Shown: piece after piece, positions 46,502-57,151 of the stretch
Layout of the letters: each line of letters opens with the position of its first letter
Position numbering within the stretch: position 1 is the first letter of the stretch
Source: Bacteroidales bacterium
Lineage (GTDB): Bacteria > Bacteroidota > Bacteroidia > Bacteroidales > VadinHA17
Direction of reading: 5' to 3'
Length of the DNA: 64,000 bases
NCBI GenBank assembly: GCA_024763075.1
Contig: JANTGF010000007.1
Location: 17,879 to 81,878 of the forward strand
Translations under genes and position numbers: made by a program
The notes under the pieces: model-generated
What the model saw: only the letters and a program-made list of their open reading frames with translations
Told to the model about the DNA's origin: nothing
The model's database searches: none

Positions 46502-48916
46502 ATGGAAAATACCGATCAAATATATTTTGAAGAAGAAAACATAGATATCAAAAAGTTTTTGATAAGAATACTTAAAAATTGGTATTGGTTCGCTATTTCC
46601 CTTTTTATTACAATAACTGTTGCCTATTTGGTAAACCGATATTCCGAACCCATTTACAGTATCAGTTCAACGGTAATTGTAAGGGATGATACCAAAGGTA
46701 AAGGCCTTTCAGGTGCTGAACAAATGTTGGAGGGTATGGAAATGTTCCGTAGCCGGAAGAATGTTTATAATGAAATAGGCATTTTACAATCCTACAAACT
46801 TACAAACAGAGCCTTAAAAGAATTAAAAGATTTTGAGATAACCTATATCAAAGTAGGACGCAGGGGTATTAAAGAAGCAAAGTTGTACAACAAGTCCCCT
46901 TTTATTGTTGAATATGATACTTCAAAAGCTCAGGCAAAAGGTCACCCGGTATATATTACCATTTTGTCTCCTGAAAAATATATTTTGACTATCAATGATG
47001 GAATGGGTATAAAGGAGGAGATGAGATTTGGAGAACAGTTTGAGAATGAATCTTTTAACTTTACTGTAAAACTCAGAAATCCTTCCACTTTTAAACCTGA
47101 CGAGAATAATTCCAATAAGTATTATTTTATTATTAACGACCTAAATTCACTAACAAATGCCTATAAGGGGAAGCTGGGGATTACTGTAAATGATAAGAAA
47201 GGTTCCATTCTTACTTTAACCGTATCGGGTTTTGTTGCCGAGCAGGAAGCTGATTATCTGAATAAGCTTAGTGAAGTTTATATACGTGACGGCCTTGAAA
47301 TAAAAAATAAAACTGCTGAAAAAACCATTGAATTCATTGATTCTCAACTACGTAATATAATTGACTCTCTGAATGTTGCAGAAAAAGATCTTCAGGATTT
47401 CAGAACAAACAACCAGGTGATTGACATTTCAAAGGAAGGCCAGGCCGTTTACAATAAACTTGAAACTTTTCAAACTGAGAAGGTTACCTTAAATATTCAG
47501 CTGAACTATTATGAATACTTATTGGATTATGTCAAGAAAAGAAACAATTATTCAGATGTCATCGTTCCTTCCATCATCGGGATTTCTGATCCGGTATTAT
47601 CAGCGACGGTAAATAAACTGGTGGAACTCAACTCCAAAAAAACAAGCTTAAAGTTTACTGTTACAGAAAGTAACAGTTCAATGGAATTACTAAATGCACA
47701 AATAGATGCAGCCCGTTCAGAACTGGAAGAAAACATTTATAACCTTATTGAAAATACCCAGATGACCCTGGATGAAATTGAAAAACACATCACACAAACT
47801 GAATTGGATTTAAGAAGTTTGCCGGCCACTGAAAGGCAACTCATCCAGATTCAAAGAATGTTCAACCTCAATAATGAAATATACAATTATCTGCTGGAAA
47901 AAAGGGCCGAGGCAGGAATTGCCAGAGCATCAAACATTGCTGATAACAGAATCCTTGATTATGCCATGCCAGAGAATGCCGCAAAGGTTTCTCCAAAAAG
48001 TTCCCTGAATTATATGGTTGCTCTTGTATTGGGATTAATGTTTCCGGTTATTGTAATTCTATTACTTGACTTTTTTAACAATAAAATTGTTGATAAAAAA
48101 GACATTGAAGATCATACAAGATTACCAGTTCTGGGTGGGATTGGCCATAATGTAACCCGCACAGATATTCCGGTAGCTTCCAATCCAAAATCATCCCTGG
48201 CAGAATCTTTCAGATCTTTAAGAACGAACATTCAGTACATGGGTGCTGAAAATCCGGTGAAGGTTATAATGGTTTCTTCAACTATAAGCGGGGAAGGTAA
48301 AACATTTTGTGCAACAAACCTGGCAGCAATTTTTTCCATGTCAGGAAAAAAGACATTGTTGCTTGGTCTGGATTTACGTAAGCCTAAAATCCATAAGGTA
48401 TTCAATCTGGAAAATGATAAAGGAATCAGTTCCAGCCTGATAGGCAATAATTCATTTGAGGACATTATTTTATCCACGTCTTATGAAAATCTTTTCATTG
48501 CCCCTTCAGGACCGATACCACCAAATCCGGCTGAATTGATCTCAACAGAAAAAATGAAAGACTTTATGGATTTTGCCCGGAATAATTTTGATGTTATAAT
48601 AATGGATACACCACCTGTTGCAATAGTTACTGATCCCATTCTTCTTTCAAAATATTCTGACACCAATATTTTTGTTGTACGGCAAAATTATTCCAACAAG
48701 AACGTTATTCAACTGATAGATGACCTTCACCATAAAATTAAATTAAAAAAACTTGGCATTCTTGTAAACGATATAAAACTTAACGGATATTACGGATATG
48801 GGTACAATTATGGCTATGGGTATGGTTACAGTTACAGTCAGGAATACTATGGTGAAGATGAGGAAAAATCCAGGTTGGGTAAAATCCGTGATTTATTTAA
48901 AGGAAAGATGAGCTGA
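46502..48916 (+). CDS. polysaccharide co-polymerase / tyrosine autokinase (Wzc-like)
   Basis: Wzz-like N-terminus with two TM helices and a periplasmic coiled coil. Walker A is SGEGKTF. The C-terminal Tyr cluster is GYYGYGYNYGYGYGYSYSQEYYG. Confidence 0.85.
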   Translation: MENTDQIYFEEENIDIKKFLIRILKNWYWFAISLFITITVAYLVNRYSEPIYSISSTVIVRDDTKGKGLSGAEQMLEGMEMFRSRKNVYNEIGILQSYKLTNRALKELKDFEITYIKVGRRGIKEAKLYNKSPFIVEYDTSKAQAKGHPVYITILSPEKYILTINDGMGIKEEMRFGEQFENESFNFTVKLRNPSTFKPDENNSNKYYFIINDLNSLTNAYKGKLGITVNDKKGSILTLTVSGFVAEQEADYLNKLSEVYIRDGLEIKNKTAEKTIEFIDSQLRNIIDSLNVAEKDLQDFRTNNQVIDISKEGQAVYNKLETFQTEKVTLNIQLNYYEYLLDYVKKRNNYSDVIVPSIIGISDPVLSATVNKLVELNSKKTSLKFTVTESNSSMELLNAQIDAARSELEENIYNLIENTQMTLDEIEKHITQTELDLRSLPATERQLIQIQRMFNLNNEIYNYLLEKRAEAGIARASNIADNRILDYAMPENAAKVSPKSSLNYMVALVLGLMFPVIVILLLDFFNNKIVDKKDIEDHTRLPVLGGIGHNVTRTDIPVASNPKSSLAESFRSLRTNIQYMGAENPVKVIMVSSTISGEGKTFCATNLAAIFSMSGKKTLLLGLDLRKPKIHKVFNLENDKGISSSLIGNNSFEDIILSTSYENLFIAPSGPIPPNPAELISTEKMKDFMDFARNNFDVIIMDTPPVAIVTDPILLSKYSDTNIFVVRQNYSNKNVIQLIDDLHHKIKLKKLGILVNDIKLNGYYGYGYNYGYGYGYSYSQEYYGEDEEKSRLGKIRDLFKGKMS

Positions 48917-49038
48917 TTGGAATAGTCCGGTTAAAAAGGATAGCATCATTAATTAAAACTAATTGCCCATTTCCTCTCTGTTTTTATACAATATTATCAG
49001 CTTTAATAGATCTGTTATTAGTCACAAACCATTCATTC

Positions 49039-49046
49039 TAAATTTG
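49039..49046 (+). promoter_or_regulatory. Bacteroidota -7 box TAAATTTG
   Basis: TAnnTTTG match 29 nt upstream of the ATG at 49075. Confidence 0.4.
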
Positions 49047-49074
49047 ACAGCTCACCAAATACCTTAAAATAATT

Positions 49075-50553
49075 ATGAGTGCAAAACAGGAGACCAAACA
49101 ACCCACTTTATTTCAGTCATTTATTCCATTGGTTATTCTCATTATTTTACTATCTCTGAATGTGAAGTTTTTTGGGGATGACACACTTTCAGGGTCGAAT
49201 CAGATGGCTTTAATCCTTGCTGCAGCATCAGCAGCAATAATTGCCGGCAGATTAGGAATATCATGGAAGAAACAAAGAGATGGGATTGTCAAAAGTATTG
49301 GTTCTGCGATGCCCTCTATTCTGATTCTTTTCCTTATTGGGTCACTTGCCGGAACCTGGATGATCAGCGGAGTTGTTCCGGAACTGATTTATTACGGACT
49401 TAAGATTTTAAATCCAAAAATATTTTTATTCATTACAGTTGTAATTTGTGCTTTGGTATCCCTGGCTACAGGTAGTTCATGGTCAACTGTTGCCACCATT
49501 GGAATTGCACTCCTGGGAATAGGGAAAGCATTAGGAATGAGTGAAGGTATGGTTGCCGGGGCAATAATTTCCGGAGCCTATTTCGGTGACAAGATGTCTC
49601 CAATGTCAGATACAACAAATCTTGCTCCCGCAATGGCCGGAACAGACCTATTTACCCACATCAGATACATGGTAATTACTACCACTCCTTCCATCGTTAT
49701 CACACTGATAATTTTTCTGATCCTGGGGTTTACAATTAAAGTAGATTCCAGTCTGGCAAACCCTGATGATGTGTTAAATGTTCTGGATAACACATTTAAA
49801 ATGAGTCCTGTATTAATGATTGTACCTGTTTTTCTAATTTTCATCATCGTTAAAAAAATTGCACCTGTCCCGGCTCTTTTGTCTGCCAGCATTTTGGGTG
49901 GTATCTTTGCAATCATATTCCAACCGGATATTATCAACCACGTTTCAGGGATAAGTGACAACTATACTAAATCATCATATATTGCCGTTCTGAAGGCAAT
50001 GTTTGGTCCGGTTAGCATGGAAACGAACAACCCGGCCGTAAATGATCTTTTATCCACCAATGGTATGGCCGGGATGCTCAATACAATCTGGCTAATCATT
50101 TCGGCCATGGTCTTTGGTGGAGTAATGGAATCTGCGGGGATGTTGTTAAAAATAACCCAAACTGTAATAAAATATGTAAAATCAACGGCAGGGCTGGTCT
50201 CATCGACAGTTGGAACCTGTTTATTCTTTAACCTTACAGCCTCTGACCAATACATCTCCATAGTGGTACCCGGAAGAATGTATGCAAAAGCCTACAAAGA
50301 CAAAGATTTAAAACCGGAAGTCTTAAGCCGTGCACTAGAGGATTCAGGCACAGTAACTTCTGTACTGATACCGTGGAACACATGTGGGGCAACTCAAAGC
50401 AGTGTTCTGGGCGTTTCAACACTTGCTTATGCACCCTATGCATTTTTTAATATTATCAGTCCTTTTATGAGTATTTTTATGGCTGTATTTAATATTAAGA
50501 TTCGCCGGTATTCTGATGAGTTGAAAAAGAAAAAAGAAGCAAAGAAAGCTTAG
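49075..50553 (+). CDS. nhaC: Na+/H+ antiporter NhaC family
   Basis: 492 aa with about 12 TM helices and an NhaC-type pattern (GSSWSTVATIGIALLGIG, YFGDKMSPMSDTTN). Confidence 0.85.
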   Translation: MSAKQETKQPTLFQSFIPLVILIILLSLNVKFFGDDTLSGSNQMALILAAASAAIIAGRLGISWKKQRDGIVKSIGSAMPSILILFLIGSLAGTWMISGVVPELIYYGLKILNPKIFLFITVVICALVSLATGSSWSTVATIGIALLGIGKALGMSEGMVAGAIISGAYFGDKMSPMSDTTNLAPAMAGTDLFTHIRYMVITTTPSIVITLIIFLILGFTIKVDSSLANPDDVLNVLDNTFKMSPVLMIVPVFLIFIIVKKIAPVPALLSASILGGIFAIIFQPDIINHVSGISDNYTKSSYIAVLKAMFGPVSMETNNPAVNDLLSTNGMAGMLNTIWLIISAMVFGGVMESAGMLLKITQTVIKYVKSTAGLVSSTVGTCLFFNLTASDQYISIVVPGRMYAKAYKDKDLKPEVLSRALEDSGTVTSVLIPWNTCGATQSSVLGVSTLAYAPYAFFNIISPFMSIFMAVFNIKIRRYSDELKKKKEAKKA

Positions 50554-52985
50554 TGATACAGGTCCGGATATTTCACCGGGTCAGCATCATTCATCATATC
50601 ATAAACCGTCTCAAATACATCCTCAGCATTCGGATTAGAGAAGTAGTCTCCGTCTGTTGCATAAGCTGGCCGGTGTTCTTTTGCAGATAAGGTTCTGGGA
50701 GGCGAATCCAGGTAATAATAAGCTTCCTGTTCTTCTACAACCTTTTGCATCATATATGCTGTGGCACCTCCGGGAACATCTTCATCAAAGAAAAGAACTC
50801 TGTTGGTCTTTTTCACCGACTCGAGTATGCTTTTACTCAGATCAAATGGCAGCAAAGTCTGAACATCTATAAGTTCAACGGAAATGCCAAAATCATTTAA
50901 CTGCTCCACTGCATCCTGAGCAATTCTCACACATGATCCATAAGTAACAAGAGTAATATCCTTACCCTCATTTAATATCTCAGGCACACCCAATGGAATT
51001 CTATATTCTCCGATATTTTCAGGCATTTTCTCTTTTAGCCTGTAACCATTTAAGGGTTCAATAACCAAGGCAGCATCGTTGCCTTCAAGCAATGTATTAT
51101 AAAAACCAGCTGCAGTTGTCATATTCCGGGGAACACATACATAAATTCCACGAATGGCATTAATTACCATGCTGAGAGGAGAACCCGAATGCCATATTCC
51201 TTCAAGCCGGTGCCCTCTCGTTCTTACAATCACAGGAGCAATCATATTTCCACGGGTCCGGTACATAGTGGTAGCCAGATCATCACTCATTGTTTGCAAT
51301 GCATAAAGCAGGTAGTCAAAATACTGTATTTCAGTTATGGGTCTCATCCCACGTAAAGCCAGCCCGATTCCCTGTCCCATAATTGTTGTTTCACGAATTC
51401 CGGTATCCGTGATTCTATACTCCCCGTATTTTTTCTGAAGGCCTTCCAGACTTTGGTTAACACCACCAATATGGCCTGTATCTTCACCAAAAGTAACAAC
51501 CAAAGGGTTATGACTAAAAATATAATCAAAGTTTTCTCTTAAAACCATTCTGCCTGGTACCTCTTCAGAATCATCGTTATAAACCGGTGGAACGGCTTCC
51601 ACTTTTAATGCTGATTTTTCCTTCTCATTATAAACAAAGGAATTGTACCGGGCATGACTATCTTCGTAGTTTCTTTCAAGCCAGTTTGCCAGATCTTTTT
51701 GCAAGTTTGCCCTCATTGTACAATCACCACAAACACTCCGCAAGATTTTCTTGGCAGCACTAAAAACATCTTTCCGCATAGGGTACATCACTTTTTTAAG
51801 TTCTTCCGTAATTATACCCACTTTGTCAATATGCTCCCTTTTACAAACACACGACCGGTTATCAATAATTTTTATTAAGGCATCTCTTTCAAGCTTTATC
51901 GGATCCTGAAAGGCTTGCCAGCCATTTTTCCTGGCTTCCTTTGCTTCACTAAGGGCCTGCTTCTCCAGTTCATCAAGTTCAGCAGCATCAGCTAAGCCAA
52001 CATCAAGAATCCATTCCCTCATCCGCTTAATCGGATCAAAATCCTTCTCATATTCCAAACGTTCTTCAGATTTATAACGTTCGTGCGAACCGGAAGTTGA
52101 ATGACCCAGAGGTTGAGTAACATCCTGTATATGAAAAATTACAGGAACATGCTCATCTCTACACCTCCTGATTCCTTCTTCATAAACCTTGCATAATCCC
52201 GGGTAATCCCAGCCTTTTGCTGTGTAGATCAGATACCCGGGTTTTCCATCTTCAGCCTGAAAACCTTTGAGTAGTTCTGATATATTCTCTTTTGTAGTCT
52301 GATATTTTTTAGGAACTGAGATTCCGTACCCATCATCATAAATAGAAAGAGCCATGGGTACCTGAAGTACACCGGCTGCATTTACTGTTTCCCAGAAATG
52401 ACCTTCAGAAGTACTGGCATCACCTATTGAACCGAATGCAACTTCATCCCCCTTTATGGAAAACTTTTCAAATGAATGCAATTCTTCAATATTTCTGAAC
52501 AGTTTCGAAGCATAGGCCAACCCCAGCAAACGAGGCATCTGTCCGGCTGTGGGAGAAATGTCTGCAGAAGAGTTCTTTTGTTTTGTTAACTCGCGCCATG
52601 AGCCGTCTTCATTTACATTAGGCGTTGAAAAATGATTATTAAACGACCTGCCTCCATTTCCCGGATTAAGTTTACCATCCGTATTTCCATAAAGCTGGTG
52701 AAAAAATTCTTCAGCAGAAAATAAACCTGCAGCCATCATCCACGTCTGATCCCGATAATAACCTGAACGCCAGTCTCCGTTTCTAAATTGTTTTGCCAAT
52801 GCTATTTGCACAACTTCTTTTCCATCGCCAAAAATTCCAAATTTTGCTTTTCCGGTAAGTACTTCCCTCCTGCCAATTTCACTTAAATTTCTACTTAAGT
52901 TAGCCAGCTTGTAGTCTTCCAATACCTGTAATTTGAATTCTTCCAGGGAAAGTCCGTTCCTTAATTCTGAAGTTTTATCTGTCAT
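50550..52985 (-). CDS. 2-oxoacid (branched-chain type) dehydrogenase E1, fused alpha+beta subunits
   Basis: 811 aa. The N-terminal half is a TPP-binding E1 alpha (GDASTSEG, ...DDGYGISV). The C-terminal half is an E1 beta / transketolase-like Pyr domain plus C-terminal domain. Confidence 0.85.
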   Translation of the reverse strand: MTDKTSELRNGLSLEEFKLQVLEDYKLANLSRNLSEIGRREVLTGKAKFGIFGDGKEVVQIALAKQFRNGDWRSGYYRDQTWMMAAGLFSAEEFFHQLYGNTDGKLNPGNGGRSFNNHFSTPNVNEDGSWRELTKQKNSSADISPTAGQMPRLLGLAYASKLFRNIEELHSFEKFSIKGDEVAFGSIGDASTSEGHFWETVNAAGVLQVPMALSIYDDGYGISVPKKYQTTKENISELLKGFQAEDGKPGYLIYTAKGWDYPGLCKVYEEGIRRCRDEHVPVIFHIQDVTQPLGHSTSGSHERYKSEERLEYEKDFDPIKRMREWILDVGLADAAELDELEKQALSEAKEARKNGWQAFQDPIKLERDALIKIIDNRSCVCKREHIDKVGIITEELKKVMYPMRKDVFSAAKKILRSVCGDCTMRANLQKDLANWLERNYEDSHARYNSFVYNEKEKSALKVEAVPPVYNDDSEEVPGRMVLRENFDYIFSHNPLVVTFGEDTGHIGGVNQSLEGLQKKYGEYRITDTGIRETTIMGQGIGLALRGMRPITEIQYFDYLLYALQTMSDDLATTMYRTRGNMIAPVIVRTRGHRLEGIWHSGSPLSMVINAIRGIYVCVPRNMTTAAGFYNTLLEGNDAALVIEPLNGYRLKEKMPENIGEYRIPLGVPEILNEGKDITLVTYGSCVRIAQDAVEQLNDFGISVELIDVQTLLPFDLSKSILESVKKTNRVLFFDEDVPGGATAYMMQKVVEEQEAYYYLDSPPRTLSAKEHRPAYATDGDYFSNPNAEDVFETVYDMMNDADPVKYPDLYH

Positions 52986-53262
52986 ATTTATGTATTTCTA
53001 TAATTATTGCAAATTTAATAAGAATAATTCTAAATAAGAAGAGGTTGAGCAATTATTATAAAGTACAATTAGCTTTAGCAAGGAAATAATCTGATTTTTC
53101 TTTTAATCTTCCATGGTAAGTTCATCATTTCGAATAATTGCAAAAATGCAAAAACAGAAAGATGAGAGAAAAAACACTTTTTCATGGTCAGCTGTTTTCA
53201 AATATAAAGAAATAAGATTTGCAAATATCCGGATAATTTACCCTGATTACTAATCAAAATAT

Positions 53263-53270
53263 TATCTTTG
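53263..53270 (+). promoter_or_regulatory. Bacteroidota -7 box TATCTTTG, only 4 nt before the ATG
   Basis: The TAnnTTTG match ends at 53270 and the ATG is at 53275. This implies a leaderless or near-leaderless mRNA if the box is functional. Confidence 0.35.
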
Positions 53271-53274
53271 TACT

Positions 53275-53502
53275 ATGTTTATTACTATTTTAATCTTAAC
53301 CACAATCCTGATTGGAATTAGCGTTCTCGGCCTGGCAATTAAAATGCTTGTAATTGAGAATGGGAAATTTCCTGTTACCTCAATTGGTGGTAACATTCAC
53401 CTCAAGAAAAAAGGGATCTCTTGTCCGAAACATGAAGAGCTTCGTCACCACAGGAACTTCAAAAAAGGAAACCCTTGTGATTCTTGTGGTTTTAATGTTT
53501 AG
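53275..53502 (+). CDS. small single-TM protein with Cys-containing tail (possible NqrM-like maturation factor)
   Basis: 75 aa. TM helix MFITILILTTILIGISVLGLAIKMLVI, then a basic tail with C50 and C68xxC71 (ISCPKHEE...NPCDSCG). The stop is 10 nt from the apbE stop and the two genes are convergent. Confidence 0.4.
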   Translation: MFITILILTTILIGISVLGLAIKMLVIENGKFPVTSIGGNIHLKKKGISCPKHEELRHHRNFKKGNPCDSCGFNV

Positions 53503-53512
53503 TCTGGAAAAG

Positions 53513-54538
53513 TCATAAGGGAAGGTTATTATCATCCTTATAAATCAGCTTCTCAAAGTTCCATGTTTCCCATGTTTTAAATACACCATTGTCACCTGAA
53601 TATATAAAATATGCATCCAGCTCCTTTTTCCTGCTGATAAAATCAATACTTTTTTCCAGTCCCATGATCATACAGGCAGTAGCATAAGCATCTGCAGTCA
53701 TGCAGTCTTTGGCAACAATTGTCGCACTCAATAATCTGTCCATTACAGGGAAACCGGTTTTCGGATCAATAGAGTGGGAATATTTAACACCATCTTTTTC
53801 AAAAAATTTCCGATAATTACCTGAAGTTGCCATACTGCAATCTCTCAATTGCAAAATTACCTGTAAATTTTCACCGGGTATAAAGTTATAATCGAAAGGC
53901 TTATCTACACCGACTTTCCAAAGTTCACCATTTTTCTTGGTTCCACTGGTTCTAAGTTCACCTCCAATCTCAACCAAATAATTCATGATTCCACTATCTT
54001 CCAGGAATTCACTTACAATATCAACCGAATAACCCTGGGCAATCGCATTAACATCGAGTTTCATTTCAGGAAGATCCTTCACCAGCTTATTCCCCTTCAA
54101 ATGAACTTTGTTCATTCCAACGAAACGCAAAAGGCTATCCACTTTTACACTATCCATATCTTCTTTCCCTTCAGGACCGAACCCCCATGCATTAACCAAT
54201 GGCCCAACAGTAATATCAAAAGCACCATCCGTATCGAGCCATACTTCCTTAGACTTATTAAATACTTCCACAAAATAAGGGTCTGTAACCACTCCGGGGT
54301 CATTATTGTTTATCCGTGAGATAACTGATCCGGGAACATAAGATGATAATGAATGATCAAACCTGACAAGAAGAGAATCGACTTTTCGCTTCATTTTTTC
54401 AGGGGAGATGGCAAATAGTCCTTTCTTTTCATAAATAATATGATAAGTCGTACCTTGTGTGAAACCATTAAAGGCCTCATACTTTTTACAACTCCATGTA
54501 AATAACACCAGAAAAGAAATAACGAAAACCTGTTTCAT
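53513..54538 (-). CDS. apbE: FAD:protein FMN transferase
   Basis: 341 aa lipoprotein (WSC). ApbE pattern GAFDITVGPLVNAWGF, AIAQGYSVD and TSGNY. It is the last gene of the nqr operon. Confidence 0.85.
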   Translation of the reverse strand: MKQVFVISFLVLFTWSCKKYEAFNGFTQGTTYHIIYEKKGLFAISPEKMKRKVDSLLVRFDHSLSSYVPGSVISRINNNDPGVVTDPYFVEVFNKSKEVWLDTDGAFDITVGPLVNAWGFGPEGKEDMDSVKVDSLLRFVGMNKVHLKGNKLVKDLPEMKLDVNAIAQGYSVDIVSEFLEDSGIMNYLVEIGGELRTSGTKKNGELWKVGVDKPFDYNFIPGENLQVILQLRDCSMATSGNYRKFFEKDGVKYSHSIDPKTGFPVMDRLLSATIVAKDCMTADAYATACMIMGLEKSIDFISRKKELDAYFIYSGDNGVFKTWETWNFEKLIYKDDNNLPL

Positions 54539-54576
54539 AAACTGATAAGTCAGACCTCTCTCGTGAGACCTATTTC

Positions 54577-55830
54577 CTAACCACCAAAATCGTCAAACGC
54601 AACCATCTCATCCGGAACTCCCAGATCATAAAGCATTTTAGTAACAGCATCTGTCATCATTGGCGGACCGCACATGTAATATTCAATCTCTTCCGGTTCT
54701 TCATGATTTTTAAGGTAATTATCATAGATCACCTGATGGATAAAACCTACCGGTCCGGTCCAGTTATCATCAGGATGTGGCTCGGAAAGAGCAATATGAA
54801 ACTTGAAATTCGGAAAATTCTTTTCAATATCCCTGAAATCTTTTTCATAGAATATTTCTCTTTTAGACCGTGCCCCATACCAGTATGAAACCTTTCTGCC
54901 TGTTTTTACCGTATGGAAAAGGTGAAATAAATGAGAACGTAAGGGAGCCATTCCGGCACCACCACCAATGTACAGCATCTCCCTATCGGTATTCTTAATA
55001 AAAAATTCACCATAAGGACCTGAAATCATAACTTTATCACCGGGTTTTCTGGAAAATATGTAAGAAGAACAAATTCCTGGGTTCACTTTCATAAATGCTC
55101 CCTTTGAACGGTCCCACGGCGGGGTGGCAATTCTGATATTCAACATAACAATATTACCTTCAGCAGGGTGATTTGCCATTGAATAAGCGCGATAAGTTTC
55201 TTCAGGATTTTTCATCTTTAAATCCCACATTTTAAATTTATCCCATTCATCCCTGTATTCTTCCTCTATATCCATATCCTTAAAGTCAACTTCAATCTTC
55301 GGAACATCAATCTGAATATAACCTCCAGACTGGAAGTCAAGTGATTCTCCCTCCGGAAGTCTAACCACAAATTCTTTAATAAAAGTGGCAACATTATTAT
55401 TTGAAACCACTTCACATTCCCATTTCTTTATTCCAAGGACTGCCTCGGGTACTTTTATTGAAATATCCTCCTTTACTTTCACCTGACACCCAAGTCTCCA
55501 GTTATCCTTTTGTTCTCTCCTGGTAAAGAATCCGGTTTCCGTTGGCAGGATCGTTCCTCCGCCCTCCAGTACCTGGCACGTACACATTCCACAGGTTCCC
55601 TGTCCTCCACAAGCCGAGGGTAAATAAATCTCATGATTTCCCAATGTAGAAAGCACAGTTCCTCCAGGACTTACTGTAAACTCTTTATCATTTACCTTAA
55701 GTTTCACTTCTCCCTGTGGAGTAAGTTTTTTGCGGGCATAAAGTAGTATTCCAACCAGAATAATAATGATAATAAGAAAAACTACAATACTTGTTGAAAC
55801 TACAGTTAGTGATGTACTCAATAAAATCAT
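54577..55830 (-). CDS. nqrF: Na+-translocating NADH:quinone oxidoreductase subunit F
   Basis: N-terminal TM helix, 2Fe-2S motif [13 protein letters not shown] motif RAYSMAN and an NADH-binding GGGAGMAP motif. Confidence 0.95.
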   Translation of the reverse strand: MILLSTSLTVVSTSIVVFLIIIIILVGILLYARKKLTPQGEVKLKVNDKEFTVSPGGTVLSTLGNHEIYLPSACGGQGTCGMCTCQVLEGGGTILPTETGFFTRREQKDNWRLGCQVKVKEDISIKVPEAVLGIKKWECEVVSNNNVATFIKEFVVRLPEGESLDFQSGGYIQIDVPKIEVDFKDMDIEEEYRDEWDKFKMWDLKMKNPEETYRAYSMANHPAEGNIVMLNIRIATPPWDRSKGAFMKVNPGICSSYIFSRKPGDKVMISGPYGEFFIKNTDREMLYIGGGAGMAPLRSHLFHLFHTVKTGRKVSYWYGARSKREIFYEKDFRDIEKNFPNFKFHIALSEPHPDDNWTGPVGFIHQVIYDNYLKNHEEPEEIEYYMCGPPMMTDAVTKMLYDLGVPDEMVAFDDFGG

Positions 55831-55857
55831 TTTGTCCTCAGTTTAAAATAATGACAT

Positions 55858-56475
55858 TTAAAGTTTAATTCCCATGAAGCTCATAAAAGCTATACCCATC
55901 AGGCCGGTAATTATAAAAGTAATGCCCAGTCCGCGTAGTGGCGCAGGAACATTCGAATAACGTATTTTTTCACGAATAGCGGCTATGCCCACAATAGCAA
56001 GGAACCAGCCAATTCCGGAACCAAGTCCAAAGGAAGTTGCCTCTGCAATATTGGCATACTCTCTCTGTTGCATAAACAATGATCCTCCCAATATGGCGCA
56101 ATTCACTGCAATTAATGGAAGAAAAATTCCCAGTGAATAATATAGTGTGGGCGAAAACTTCTCAATAACCATTTCAACAAGTTGAACCATGGATGCAATT
56201 ACTGCTATAAATACAATAAATGAAAGAAAGCTCAGATCCACATCTGCAAACCTTTCACCAAGCCAGATCAATGCACCCTTTTTCAATAGATAATTATGGA
56301 TAAGGTAGTCCACCGGTACGGTAATTCCTAAGACAAAGATTACAGCTATACCCAGTCCAACCGAAGTTTTTACCGTTTTTGAAACCGCAAGATATGAACA
56401 CATGCCTAAAAAATAGGCAAATACCATGTTGTCTATAAAAATAGACTTTACGAATATGTTGATTAAGTTCTCCAT
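55858..56475 (-). CDS. nqrE: Na+-NQR subunit E
   Basis: 205 aa with six TM helices. NqrE/RnfA family pattern ([18 protein letters not shown]). Confidence 0.95.
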   Translation of the reverse strand: MENLINIFVKSIFIDNMVFAYFLGMCSYLAVSKTVKTSVGLGIAVIFVLGITVPVDYLIHNYLLKKGALIWLGERFADVDLSFLSFIVFIAVIASMVQLVEMVIEKFSPTLYYSLGIFLPLIAVNCAILGGSLFMQQREYANIAEATSFGLGSGIGWFLAIVGIAAIREKIRYSNVPAPLRGLGITFIITGLMGIAFMSFMGIKL

Positions 56476-56494
56476 TGGAATAATAAATTATCTT

Positions 56495-57142
56495 TTAATT
56501 TTCTTCTATTAACTCCTTATTCTTACTTCTTTGCACCCAAATGATAACCCCGACAAGCATTAAAGCCATTGGAGGTAAAATCATTAATCCGTTATCCTCA
56601 TAACCAATATTATACAATCCGATTTTTTCAATAACCGGAAAACCAAATACTTCTCCTGAGCCCAGGAGCTCCCTGAAAAAGGCCACAATTACCAAAATTA
56701 TACCATATCCGGCTGAGTTTCCTATTCCATCAAGGAAAGATGGCCATGGTTTATTTGTCATGGCGAATGCTTCGAGTCTTCCCATAATAATACAATTGGT
56801 AATTATCAAACCAACAAAAACAGATAATTGTTTGCTAACATCATAAGCATATGCTTTTAATAACTGATCAACCAGAATTACCATTGCTGCAATTACCGTT
56901 AACTGGACAATTATCCTGATTCTTGGAGGAATTAAATTCCGTAACATGGAAATGACCATATTTGAGACTGCCAGTACTGCCATAACTGAAAATGTCATTA
57001 CAATGGCCGGTTCCAGCTTTACTGTAATAGCCAGTGCAGAGCAAATTCCTAATACCTGAACTGTGATCGGATTATCCTCGTTTAAAGGATTTGTCAACAA
57101 TTTCAGATTTTTTGTAGAAAATAAAGGTTCCTTTTCTTTCAT
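56495..57142 (-). CDS. nqrD: Na+-NQR subunit D
   Basis: 215 aa. NqrD/RnfE pattern ([11 protein letters not shown]-like, ITNCIIMGR). Confidence 0.95.
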   Translation of the reverse strand: MKEKEPLFSTKNLKLLTNPLNEDNPITVQVLGICSALAITVKLEPAIVMTFSVMAVLAVSNMVISMLRNLIPPRIRIIVQLTVIAAMVILVDQLLKAYAYDVSKQLSVFVGLIITNCIIMGRLEAFAMTNKPWPSFLDGIGNSAGYGIILVIVAFFRELLGSGEVFGFPVIEKIGLYNIGYEDNGLMILPPMALMLVGVIIWVQRSKNKELIEEN

Positions 57143-57151
57143 CGCATTATA

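Noticed and set aside
53113-53253. 46-codon ORF (MVSSSFRIIAKMQKQKDERKNTF...) in the E1/small-protein intergenic region, and the 29-codon ORF at about 32051
   Set aside because: They are short, have no recognisable motif or ribosome-binding or promoter context, and conservation cannot be assessed here.
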